From an uncultured Solirubrobacteraceae bacterium (lineage in GTDB: Bacteria; Actinomycetota; Thermoleophilia; Solirubrobacterales; Solirubrobacteraceae), in NCBI GenBank assembly GCA_963806395.1, contig CAWDYI010000005.1:242288-306287 (forward strand): a stretch of DNA of 64,000 nucleotides, written 5' to 3'. Below the pieces are notes generated by a model. The model was not told where the DNA came from and did not search any database. It saw nothing but the letters and a program-made list of their open reading frames with translations. Positions 38,005 to 45,940 of the stretch are shown piece by piece (positions within the stretch are counted from its first letter, which is position 1; each line of letters opens with the position of its first letter). The translations under genes and the position numbers were made by a program.

Positions 38005-38135
38005 TGGAAGCAGGCGACCGGGCTCGTCCCCCTCCTGGCGGGGGCCTTACCGTTGCGGGACAGCGCCGGGATCTTGACCGGACTTCGCTGGCTTGCCACG
38101 CCCCCCGTATTCGGGGGAGCGGCAAGCTACGCCCG
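38005..38135 (-). promoter_or_regulatory. cobalamin (B12) riboswitch in the RNR operon leader
   Basis: The minus-strand leader reads ...GCTTGCCGCTCCCCCGAATACGGGGGGCGTGGCAAGCCAGCGAAGTCCGGTCAAGATCCCGGCGCTGTCCCGCAACGGTAAGGCCCCCGCCAGGAGGGGGACGAGCCCGGTCGCCTGC... The core CCGGT..A.TCC.GGCGCTG.CCCGCAACGGTAA and the B12-box-like GAGCCCGGTCGCCTGC match the cobalamin riboswitch consensus from memory. The boundaries are approximate. Confidence 0.7.
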
Positions 38136-38454
38136 CGGTCGGACGGAACGGTCGCGGCTCGCAACGCGGCCGGGCGTGGCCGGGGCCAGCCCAGTCGGCC
38201 GCGCGTCGGACCGGCGTCTACTCCGTGGGTGCGCGGCAGGAGGGCGGCGATCACTGCGCTTCGCGTGGTACGGGCTGCCGTGCGACGTCGCGATCGGAGT
38301 ACAGCTCCCGGGCAAGCGTTCCCCTGTCTCAGCGGAACGGCCTGCTCCCGGACCTGACGACGAAAAGGAGCAGCGCGAGGTGCTCGCTTTCCATAGGCTC
38401 ACATTTCCGACTCCTGCCGGCTCGCGCGGGGCCGGCCAACGACACGGAGGGACG

Positions 38455-38781
38455 ATGCCGCTCTATCTGACGAGGTTCAGCTATACGCCAGAGACGTGGG
38501 CCAGGCTCATCGGCAACCCCGAGGACCGCCGCAAGGCGGCCGAGTCGTACATCGAGTCGGTCGGCGGCAAGCTTCACGGGTTCTGGTACGCCTTTGGCGA
38601 ACACGACGCGTACAACCTGTGGGAGGCCCCAGACAACGTGTCGATGGCCGCGGTTGCGCTGGCGATCAGTGGGGGCGGTGCGCTGAGCTCGCTCGAAACG
38701 ACGGTTCTCATGTCAGTCGAGGAAACGATGGAGGCGCTGCGCAAGGCCCAGCAAGTCCAGTACCGCGCGCCGGGCACGTAG
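38455..38781 (+). CDS. GYD domain protein
   Basis: 108 aa from ATG 38455, after a GGAGGGA RBS. MPLYLTRFSYTPETWARLIGNPEDRRKAAESYIESVGGKLHGFWYAFGEHDAYNLWEAPDNVSMAAVALAISGGGA. Confidence 0.8.
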   Translation: MPLYLTRFSYTPETWARLIGNPEDRRKAAESYIESVGGKLHGFWYAFGEHDAYNLWEAPDNVSMAAVALAISGGGALSSLETTVLMSVEETMEALRKAQQVQYRAPGT

Positions 38782-38939
38782 CAGCGCGCGCCTAGGTCCC
38801 GTGGCATTTCCGTCGACGAGAACCGACCAGTGCCTCCCGGCGAATACGCGAGCCCGCCGGCGGGGCCCACTCGGCTCCTCCTACACGCGGAGGCGGTAGC
38901 GCGGCCGCGGCGTCACCACGCTGCTCCTATCACGCGAAC

Positions 38940-39635
38940 CTAGGAACTGACGGCCGTGTCGACCGAGATCGCGATCAGGTCGAGGTTGGCCACCGTGAAA
39001 TCGGGCGGGCCGACCTTTGTGCATCGCAGAGCGACCCTCGCGGGCTCGTCGAGCGTGACCACGGCCGCGAGCGAGAAGCGCGCGGCCCTGTTGGTGATCT
39101 CAGACTGCACGGGCCTCACCAGGTCGACGGTGGTCGTGCCGCCCGTGACGAGGCCGCACTGGTTGTCCGCGACGTCACCGAACGCGGTGAGCTTCGCCTG
39201 TACCACCCAGCTCCCCCTCGAGAGCAGCACGGACTGCAGGTTCGGGCAGTCGGCCAGGTCGGACTCCGTGCACCTCGGCACGTCGGCCTCGTCGACCTGG
39301 GTGAACCTCGCCTCGCTGGTGCCTGACGGTCCCTCCGGTCCGGCGGGCCCCTGGGGCCCTGCGGGCCCCCGCTCGCCCTCGAGCGCCTGCCGGGCGCCAT
39401 CGGCGATGTCCTCCAGCCGGATCGTGTCGTCCTGGATCTCCGAGCTCCGAACGGCGTCGGCCCGGATCTCCGGCGAGCGGACCGCGTCCCGGGCGACCTC
39501 CGCCGCGCGGACCGCGTCGCTCGCGATCTCACGAGAAGTCACGCTGTCTCGCTCCAGCGTGACGGCCGCGGTGGCGCTCCCGCCGAGCGCGATGAACAGC
39601 GCCAGCGTCGAGGTGATGTTTGCGTACTTGGGCAT
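38940..39635 (-). CDS. anchored/secreted protein with 10-aa repeats, a short collagen-like Gly-X-Y run and a C-terminal globular domain (tail-fibre/BclA-like architecture)
   Basis: 231 aa from ATG 39635. Signal/anchor: MPKYANITSTLALFIALGGSATAA. Repeats: SDAVRAAEVA / RDAVRSPEIR / ADAVRSSEIQ / DDTIRLEDIA. Then GERGPAGPQGPAGPEGPSG, followed by a ~110-aa Cys-containing domain. Confidence 0.7.
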   Translation of the reverse strand: MPKYANITSTLALFIALGGSATAAVTLERDSVTSREIASDAVRAAEVARDAVRSPEIRADAVRSSEIQDDTIRLEDIADGARQALEGERGPAGPQGPAGPEGPSGTSEARFTQVDEADVPRCTESDLADCPNLQSVLLSRGSWVVQAKLTAFGDVADNQCGLVTGGTTTVDLVRPVQSEITNRAARFSLAAVVTLDEPARVALRCTKVGPPDFTVANLDLIAISVDTAVSS

Positions 39636-39894
39636 GCCGGGATAGACCCTCGGCGCAACCACGACATCGGACGCTTGCGCGAGCTGGCGCGTGGGCGCTC
39701 AGGTTCCTCGAGGGTGGGTTGTCGACAACCTCTCGTAGGCATCACTCCGCCTGCTTCGAGAACTGGCCCCAGCCCACGCCGGGGCCCTTCGTTTCTCGGC
39801 GGCAGTCGGAACCCGACAACCGCATCCGACCAACCTCCGCGACGTGCCCGGGGTCATACCCGCTGACAAGCAACCCCCGGGAAGGGACTCCAGC

Positions 39895-40422
39895 ATGTTC
39901 AGCACCACCATCAAGCGCTCAGCGGCAACCCTCGGCGTCGTGGCGGGAATCCTCGTGGCAGCGGGACCGGCAAGCGCCCAGGTCATGCCCGGGATGATCG
40001 GCGTCAAGGCACCGAGCAAGGCGACCGACCCCAGTGGAGCGGGCGCGAGCTTCACCCTCGACGTTGCCGGTAGCGAGGTGTTCGAGCTGAACACATTTGG
40101 CCTCATCGAGCACGAGGGCGCAGCCTTTCGCGGTGAGGTGACCGGCTTGGAGCCCAGCGCGCTCGGCACGCAGGTCGGCAGCGAGGGCGTGAAAGCACCC
40201 AAGCCGCCCGCGAGCAGCGAGGAGCCCACCGAGTCAATCTCCTTCAACTACCTCAAGGCCGCCGGGACGGAAACCGGCAACCCGGAACGCAAGGGCTCGT
40301 TCCACGCGTCCGGCGGCTTTGACCCGACACACGCGCTCAACAGCGAGGGCATCGCGCTGCACGCGGTCGCAACGGCCGTCGTGGGCGGTCTCGTGCCCGG
40401 GGGCGCCATCGTCTCCGCGTGA
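39895..40422 (+). CDS. secreted protein of unknown function
   Basis: 175 aa from ATG 39895, after a GGGAAGGGA RBS. Signal peptide MFSTTIKRSAATLGVVAGILVAAGPASAQ. No recognisable domain. Confidence 0.6.
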   Translation: MFSTTIKRSAATLGVVAGILVAAGPASAQVMPGMIGVKAPSKATDPSGAGASFTLDVAGSEVFELNTFGLIEHEGAAFRGEVTGLEPSALGTQVGSEGVKAPKPPASSEEPTESISFNYLKAAGTETGNPERKGSFHASGGFDPTHALNSEGIALHAVATAVVGGLVPGGAIVSA

Positions 40423-40612
40423 CGGCGGCGGCCAGGTCACTGGCCGACTACTGAAGTCCGCCCCGCCCATTAGGCACGACTCGAGCCCCGCCATCACGGC
40501 GGGGCGCCACAAAGGCCCGTAGGAACTGGCCAGGCTCGGGGAGGCTCCCGAGACTCGCCGGCTACATGCCGGGCACCGCCATCCCGCCGCAGCGCTCCTC
40601 GCCGGGTGGTTC

Positions 40613-40984
40613 CTACGTCGTGACCAGGCAGAAGCCGTTGCCAAAGGGATCTGCGCAGCGCGTCAGGCTGCCCCAGTCGCCCGACTCCTGGCCCTCGACG
40701 ATTCCGCCGAGCCTGGTGATCTCCGATGTGGACCGCCCGACGTCCTCAACGGAGAAATCGAGGTGAACAGGCGTCCAGTGTCTGGCGAATGAACGCCCCT
40801 CGGTCGCCGCGAGGAACGGCATCGAGCCCTCAGGCCGCAGGATCAGGTAGAGCTCGTTGCCACCCGCAGTCAGCTTCACCGTCCGCGAGTTCCGCCCAAC
40901 CTCGGTGCACTGGAGCGCCTGGCAGTAGAACGCGCCGGCCTCGTCGAGGTCGGCCACGTCGATGCAGATCTTCACCGTCGTCAT
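40613..40984 (-). CDS. VOC (glyoxalase/bleomycin-resistance) family protein
   Basis: 123 aa from ATG 40984. MTTVKICIDVADLDEAGAFYCQALQCTEV ... HLDFSVEDV ... CADPFGNGFCLV. Confidence 0.7.
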   Translation of the reverse strand: MTTVKICIDVADLDEAGAFYCQALQCTEVGRNSRTVKLTAGGNELYLILRPEGSMPFLAATEGRSFARHWTPVHLDFSVEDVGRSTSEITRLGGIVEGQESGDWGSLTRCADPFGNGFCLVTT

Positions 40985-41164
40985 TCGGCGCCACGATATC
41001 CGTCGTGGCTCAGGCAGTCGACGGGCGACTGCGGCCGGCCGACCACGGCGCTCGAAGTGCACGTGCCATGGATCACCGGGGGGAGGAAGCTACGCCCACT
41101 TACTGCTACCACGACGAGGCGGCATGCGCGACTCGATGTATGTGCGCGGAGAGGCGGCGTGTGC

Positions 41165-41593
41165 CTAGCGCCGCTCGATGACTACGACGGCGAGGTCTCT
41201 GCCCGCCTGCTTCGCGTAGGAGACGTACTTCGGGACCGCATCGACCATGAGCTCCCATAGGCGCGGCCGCTCGCTCGCGGTGGCGGGTGTCGCGATCGCG
41301 GCGAATACCTCCGCGCGCACCTGCAGCACGACGGCTGGGTTGTCGCGCAGGTTGAGATACCAAGCGGGATCGCCGCCCCCGCGTACGGCGGTTGCGACGA
41401 GGACGTAGCGCTCGCCGTCGCGTCCGTAATAGAGGGCTGTGCGACGTAGCCTGCCGGTCCGCCGGCCGCGAGTCGTCAGCAGCAGGGCGTCGTTGCCGTT
41501 GAACGTATCCCCGCGAGCGCCGCCACTCTCGACGTAGCGGCGAATGTGACGGGCGACCCAGCCGGTCGGGTTGTCGAACACCTCTCCGGACAC
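41165..41593 (-). CDS. nitroreductase-family deazaflavin (F420)-dependent oxidoreductase
   Basis: 142 aa from GTG 41593. LLLTTRGRRTGRLRRTALYYGRDGERYVLVA ... GGDPAWYLNLRDNPAVVLQV ... ERPRLWELMV. Confidence 0.8.
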   Translation of the reverse strand: MSGEVFDNPTGWVARHIRRYVESGGARGDTFNGNDALLLTTRGRRTGRLRRTALYYGRDGERYVLVATAVRGGGDPAWYLNLRDNPAVVLQVRAEVFAAIATPATASERPRLWELMVDAVPKYVSYAKQAGRDLAVVVIERR

Positions 41594-41618
41594 GGCGCGG
41601 AATGCTCGCAGGGATGGG

Positions 41619-42189
41619 TCAGGGCTCGATCGCGCGCGTGACCTCCTCCACGGTGCGCGGCTCGGTCGACGGCTGCAGGCCGGAGGGCGGCTCGTCGCGG
41701 TCGGTCGGTTCGAGCAGCGTCGCCTCGCCGTCCGGTGTGACGAGATAGACGCCGGGATCGGCGCCGCTCCCGCAGCCCGAGCCGGCGGGGCGGAACACGA
41801 TCGCGCGGCCGTCGGTCGTCCAGCCGAGCGGCACGGCGGGTCCGGTCGAGACCGGCTGCGCTCGTCGAGCTCGATCCGGCCGATGCCGAGCCTGTCGCGG
41901 GCACGCCGCTCGACATGCCCGCGCTGCATCGTTCTCAGCAGCTGGTGCCGGGCGATCCCGAACAGCCAGTTGACCGCCGAGCCGCGGTCAGGGTCGAACC
42001 GCGCGAGCCCTTCGAGCGCGCACGCGAACGTCTCGGCAGTCAGGTCGGCGCCAGCTCCGGATCGCGCGTGCGCCGGACGAGGTAGCCGAGCACGGGCGCC
42101 GCATGCCGGCGGTAGAACCGCGTGAACGCCTCAGCGTCCGTGCGAGCGGCGAGGAGAAGGGCCTCGTCCGTGACACGCTCGTCGATCAT
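41619..42189 (-). pseudogene. decayed ECF sigma factor locus fused to a beta-propeller (PD40/TolB-like) remnant
   Basis: Frame 1 from ATG 42189 reads MIDERVTDEALLLAARTDAEAFTRFYRRHAAPVLGYLVRRTRDPELAPT-stop (42040). The next frame continues DLTAETFACALEGLARFDPDRGSAVNWLFGIARHQLLRTMQRGHVERRARDRLGIGRIELDERS with no region 4. The third frame (41834..41619) reads PLGWTTDGRAIVFRPAGSG...GVYLVTPDGEATLLEP. Confidence 0.6.
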
Positions 42190-42229
42190 CCATGACCAAT
42201 TACAGGTACGCCGTGTTCCTGTGACAGGT

Positions 42230-42886
42230 TCAGAGTTCGTGGTCCGCCAGCTCGCGCAGGACGAGCGTGATCCGGCGGTCCCCGGTGACGTCGAGCTCGA
42301 AGCCCGAGGTCCAGCTGCCGGCCAGCTCACCGTCCTCGGCGCGCACGTGGTCCACAACGTAGTTGCGGTGCTGCGGCGACACCCAGCTGCCCCGCTCGAG
42401 GTCGATCAGGCCGCCCCCGATCTTCCAGCGGCCGGCCGCGACGCGGAATGTGAAGTCCGGTCCCTCGACGCTCCGCTTGAGGTAGCGCGCCTCGAACACG
42501 CCCTGCGACTTCATCTTGGCGAACGGGAGCAGCGCCTCGGGCACGCCGTCGAGGCGCGCGGGGTCGAGGAAGACGTCGAGCCGGTCGGGGTAGCCGACGT
42601 CGCTTTCGAGCCGGCCGGTGATCTCGAAGAACGGGCCTGCCGCATCCAGCTCGATCGGTCGCTCCGACGACACGGCCACGGTTGCCGCGACCACGGTCGT
42701 CACGTCGGCGCGGACCTTCGCGATCACCGCCGCCTCGGGAGCGCCGTCGACGACGAGGCGAAACTCTCCTCGATCGTCGGTCACGCCGTCCGCGAGCAGC
42801 GACGGGCCGGCGGGATCGAGCGCCAGGACGTCCTGCCCTCCGAGCGGCCGTCCCTCGACCCGCAACGTCCCGGAGATCGCCGTCAT
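42230..42886 (-). CDS. unknown cytoplasmic beta-rich protein, translationally coupled partner of the LQRTAGNQAV protein
   Basis: 218 aa from ATG 42886 (ATGA overlap). The N-terminus TLRVEGRPLGGQDVLALDPAG...DDRGEFRL resembles a carboxypeptidase-regulatory-like beta sandwich. There is no signal peptide. It is the last part of track ORF 42230..43621. Confidence 0.65.
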   Translation of the reverse strand: MTAISGTLRVEGRPLGGQDVLALDPAGPSLLADGVTDDRGEFRLVVDGAPEAAVIAKVRADVTTVVAATVAVSSERPIELDAAGPFFEITGRLESDVGYPDRLDVFLDPARLDGVPEALLPFAKMKSQGVFEARYLKRSVEGPDFTFRVAAGRWKIGGGLIDLERGSWVSPQHRNYVVDHVRAEDGELAGSWTSGFELDVTGDRRITLVLRELADHEL

Positions 42887-43944
42887 GGGAGGTAGGTCAC
42901 CTTCGGGAACTGGCTGATCAGCCGCTTGCGCTGCTCCGGGTCCAGCGAGGTCGCCGAACCGGCCGACTGAACCGTGTTCTTGCGCGGCGGCGTGGTCTTG
43001 GTCGTGAACACCCACTCGACGTCGATCTCCACCTTGTACAGGACGTCGACGTCGCGGACGAGGTAGGTCGTGAAGTGGGCGCGCGACGTGACCGTGGTGG
43101 CGCCGTCGTCGAGCTGGGCGTCCACGAACGCCTTGGCGGCCCCCGGCGCGTCGTAGATCGTCGTGGCGTCCGCGGTCCGCACGTTCGTCCCGCCCGCCTC
43201 GTAGAACGGGCTGCCCTTCGCAGGGTCGGTGTCCGTGTTGTAGTTCGGCTTCTTCGGGTCGGTGGTGAGCTTGTAGCGGCCGCCGCTCGTGCCGATCTCG
43301 TCGTCGAGCCGGAACGTCTTCTTCGTCGGGTGATCGACGACGATCTCGCGCCAGATGAACTGCAGCCAGCGCGTCTTGGCCGCCTCGGCGCCCTTGTAGC
43401 CGACCGAGAAGCCCTCCTTGTAGGTCCCGCCCGCGTATTCGGCACCGGTTCGGACGCTGACCTCGCCTCCGCCCACCTTGCCCGAGTGCTTGAGCTCCCC
43501 CTCCTTGGTCACGTTGGCCTGGTCGCCCTCGGTGGTCGCCGGCGGCGGGTTGCGCTTGAACGCGACGAGCCGGTTCAGCCGGTACGCCCCGGTCATGAAC
43601 GGCATGATGCTGAGCCCCCACGCCGCGAAGCCGAGCTTGCCGAGCTGGTCGTCGGTCAGGCCCTTGATGAGGTCGTTGATCTCCTTGTCGGGCAGGTCCT
43701 TGATCGCGGTCGCGGCCGCCATCCAGTCGTCGGCCTTCACCGCGTCCTGGAACGCGTCCTTCGGCGCCTTGGCGGTCGCCGTCGGACCGTTGCGCGCGAG
43801 CATCTGCCCCACCGCCTGGTTCCCGGCCGTGCGCTGGAGCGCCAGGACGGCTTCGGCGGGCGCGGGCGGCGCAGGCCCCGGCTCCGCCTGCTCCTCCGCG
43901 ACCACCGGAGTGACCCGGACGCGTCGCTTCTCTTTCACGGGCAA
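42883..43944 (-). CDS. protein with N-terminal LQRTAGNQAV motif (DUF4157-type leader) and an unassigned Lys-rich C-terminal domain
   Basis: 353 aa. A Pro/Ala-rich leader is followed by AVLALQRTAGNQAVGQML (about aa 32-49). No HExxH follows. I count 28 Lys. The codon style is lower-GC than the neighbours. Confidence 0.7.
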   Translation of the reverse strand: MPVKEKRRVRVTPVVAEEQAEPGPAPPAPAEAVLALQRTAGNQAVGQMLARNGPTATAKAPKDAFQDAVKADDWMAAATAIKDLPDKEINDLIKGLTDDQLGKLGFAAWGLSIMPFMTGAYRLNRLVAFKRNPPPATTEGDQANVTKEGELKHSGKVGGGEVSVRTGAEYAGGTYKEGFSVGYKGAEAAKTRWLQFIWREIVVDHPTKKTFRLDDEIGTSGGRYKLTTDPKKPNYNTDTDPAKGSPFYEAGGTNVRTADATTIYDAPGAAKAFVDAQLDDGATTVTSRAHFTTYLVRDVDVLYKVEIDVEWVFTTKTTPPRKNTVQSAGSATSLDPEQRKRLISQFPKVTYLP

Positions 43945-44007
43945 ACTGTCTCAGGACCGCGCTGCCCGAAGAGGCAGACTTCCGTGAGCGCGGTCAGCCC
44001 GTGACGG

Positions 44008-44388
44008 TCAGCCGTACGTCCGCCACCTGGCGATCGGCGAGTCGTAGAGGACCCACCCGGACTGGTCGTGTCCCTTGACCTTGAAGTAGATCTCGGCGGG
44101 CTCCTTGATCTTCGGGCAACGCAACGTGTGCCGGCCGTCCGAGTACGCGTACTTGACCTTGTCGGCGATGCCGGCGTAGTTCCACGACACCCGGACGCGC
44201 TTGCCGTTGGCCACGTTGTCGTAGATGTCGAAGCAGTCGCCGTTCGGGTGGAAGACGACGCCGGCGAGGTTGTGCTGCGTCTGCGTGCGGTCCGATCGGA
44301 CCCAGGCGGAAGCGGACGAGGTTGCGATCGCGCTCACGGCCAAGACCGCGATCGCGACCGCGAGAACTGAGAGTCGGCGGAAATTCAT
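44008..44388 (-). CDS. small secreted protein of unknown function
   Basis: 126 aa. Signal peptide MNFRRLSVLAVAIAVLAVSAIATSSASA. The mature part has 2 Cys and looks beta-rich. Confidence 0.65.
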   Translation of the reverse strand: MNFRRLSVLAVAIAVLAVSAIATSSASAWVRSDRTQTQHNLAGVVFHPNGDCFDIYDNVANGKRVRVSWNYAGIADKVKYAYSDGRHTLRCPKIKEPAEIYFKVKGHDQSGWVLYDSPIARWRTYG

Positions 44389-44508
44389 AGAACGACGTAC
44401 CTCCGTGTGATGGGGATCTGCTCCACCCCGTTACTCACGGATCGCGCGCCCGAATATTCCCGGCTCGTCCACCTTTACCGCGGCAATGGGCTGTGGTCTA
44501 GTTGCGCG

Positions 44509-45294
44509 ATGACCCGCTCGCTCGCGCTCGCCATCCTCGCCCTGCTCGCGCTGCCCTCGGCTGCGCTCGCCAACCCGTCGATCTCGGTGTCGTCCTCGCG
44601 TGACGGCTCCACGTCGCGCCTGCCGGCGAAGGTGAAGCACCGTCTGACGATGACGGCGGGCGCCACGGCCGAGGCCGTGACCGTGAGCGTCAGCCCGTCG
44701 GCGCGGCTCGAGGTGGGCGGCAATCCGCAGACGGTGACCTTCCCGACGAGTGGCACCGGGCCGGGTGTGGCCGCGTGTCCGGGTCGCTGGATCCGGCTGC
44801 ACAACGCCTACCGTGCCGGCTCGCTGCTGGACTCGGTGACGTTGACGCTCGCGCCTGGGGCGACCGCGTTCGTCGAAGCGACGGTCACGCTCGTGCGGGC
44901 GCCGTGGGCCGACGAGACGCTCGACGCCTCATGGCTGGTCGAGCCCGCGCAGGGGAGTCCGTTCGACGTCATCTCGACCGCACCGCGCTACCGCGGTCCG
45001 ATCGGCGTCCAACTCGCGTTCGGGGTCGCCCGCGCGCCGGACGGGCACTACGTCGTCACCGGCACGACCGACCCGAGCGTCAACTCCGGCCGCGTCGAGC
45101 TCTGGGCCTACCCGCCGCGACGCAACCGCGCGAAGCGGATCGCGCGCGTACGCGTCCACGAGGGGTCGTGGTCCTTCAACCACTTCATGCCCGACCGCAC
45201 CGGCCGCTGGGAGCTCTACGCCCGCTACCGCGCGGGCGGCCGCACCTTCGCCAACGACACGTCCGAGTGCGGCACGTTCGTCCGCGTCCGCTGA
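44509..45294 (+). CDS. secreted protein of unknown function
   Basis: 261 aa from ATG 44509, inside track ORF 44407..45294. Signal peptide MTRSLALAILALLALPSAALA. The C-terminus is Ig-like and beta-rich. Confidence 0.65.
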   Translation: MTRSLALAILALLALPSAALANPSISVSSSRDGSTSRLPAKVKHRLTMTAGATAEAVTVSVSPSARLEVGGNPQTVTFPTSGTGPGVAACPGRWIRLHNAYRAGSLLDSVTLTLAPGATAFVEATVTLVRAPWADETLDASWLVEPAQGSPFDVISTAPRYRGPIGVQLAFGVARAPDGHYVVTGTTDPSVNSGRVELWAYPPRRNRAKRIARVRVHEGSWSFNHFMPDRTGRWELYARYRAGGRTFANDTSECGTFVRVR

Positions 45295-45306
45295 CGCCCG
45301 CCGGGG

Positions 45307-45618
45307 TTACCGCTCGGGCAGCAGCGGACGCATGAAGCTGCGCTCGTAACGGCGCACGCAGTCGGACTCATCCCGGATCCGATCGGCCTCGACGAACTCC
45401 GGGTCGACGCCGAAGCGCTGCCGGTAGCGCTCGTACTCGGCCAGGTTCGGGAAGCTGAACAGCGCGTACGCGATGTCACTCGCTCCCTCGGCCGGCAGGA
45501 AGTAGCCGTGATGGGTGCCACCGTGGCGCTCGACGAGCTCCATCCACGCCTGGGCGAAGCGCTCGAACGCCTCGATCTTGGACGGGTCGATCTCGTAGCG
45601 CAGGTGGCAGGTGATCAC
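45307..45618 (-). CDS. NIPSNAP family protein
   Basis: 103 aa. ITCHLRYEIDPSKIEAFERFAQAWMELVERHGGTHHGYFLPAEGASDIAYALFSFPNLAEYERYR. Confidence 0.8.
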   Translation of the reverse strand: MITCHLRYEIDPSKIEAFERFAQAWMELVERHGGTHHGYFLPAEGASDIAYALFSFPNLAEYERYRQRFGVDPEFVEADRIRDESDCVRRYERSFMRPLLPER

Positions 45619-45887
45619 GCGCGCAGCATCTCACGGCCCGCCGCTCCACGGCGGTCGCGGGCCTCGCGACGCCGGCGGCCCAGGCGGTTGAGTGCGATCC
45701 CGCCGGCGAGGATCAGCGCGTTGAAGATCCAGTAGAGGACGTCGCCGTCGCCGGCGTCGAAGACGACGACGGTCTGGATCGGGAAGATGATCGCCCAGGC
45801 GATCAGGTAGAGGATCAGGCCCGATCGCGAGGATCGCGAGAAGTAACCCAGGGCCCCGGCGAGGAGGACAGCAGCGATGAGTTCCAT
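45615..45887 (-). CDS. small membrane protein
   Basis: 90 aa with three hydrophobic helices and a basic tail. Its stop overlaps the NIPSNAP GTG (GTGA). Confidence 0.55.
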   Translation of the reverse strand: MELIAAVLLAGALGYFSRSSRSGLILYLIAWAIIFPIQTVVVFDAGDGDVLYWIFNALILAGGIALNRLGRRRREARDRRGAAGREMLRA

Positions 45888-45940
45888 GCTGCGTACTCAA
45901 CCGCCGGCGGGCCTGCTGGTCGTCACCCCACAGTGGCGTC

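Noticed and set aside
40485-40505. Hairpin as a terminator for the flanking convergent genes
   Set aside because: There is no T/U tract on either strand, and it lies 63 nt and 108 nt from the nearest stops. It is reported only as a repeat observation.
38940-45300. Prophage or eCIS locus
   Set aside because: A fibre-like protein and a DUF4157-type leader are present. There is no capsid, terminase, portal, integrase, sheath, tube or baseplate gene, and no att-like direct repeats that I could see.
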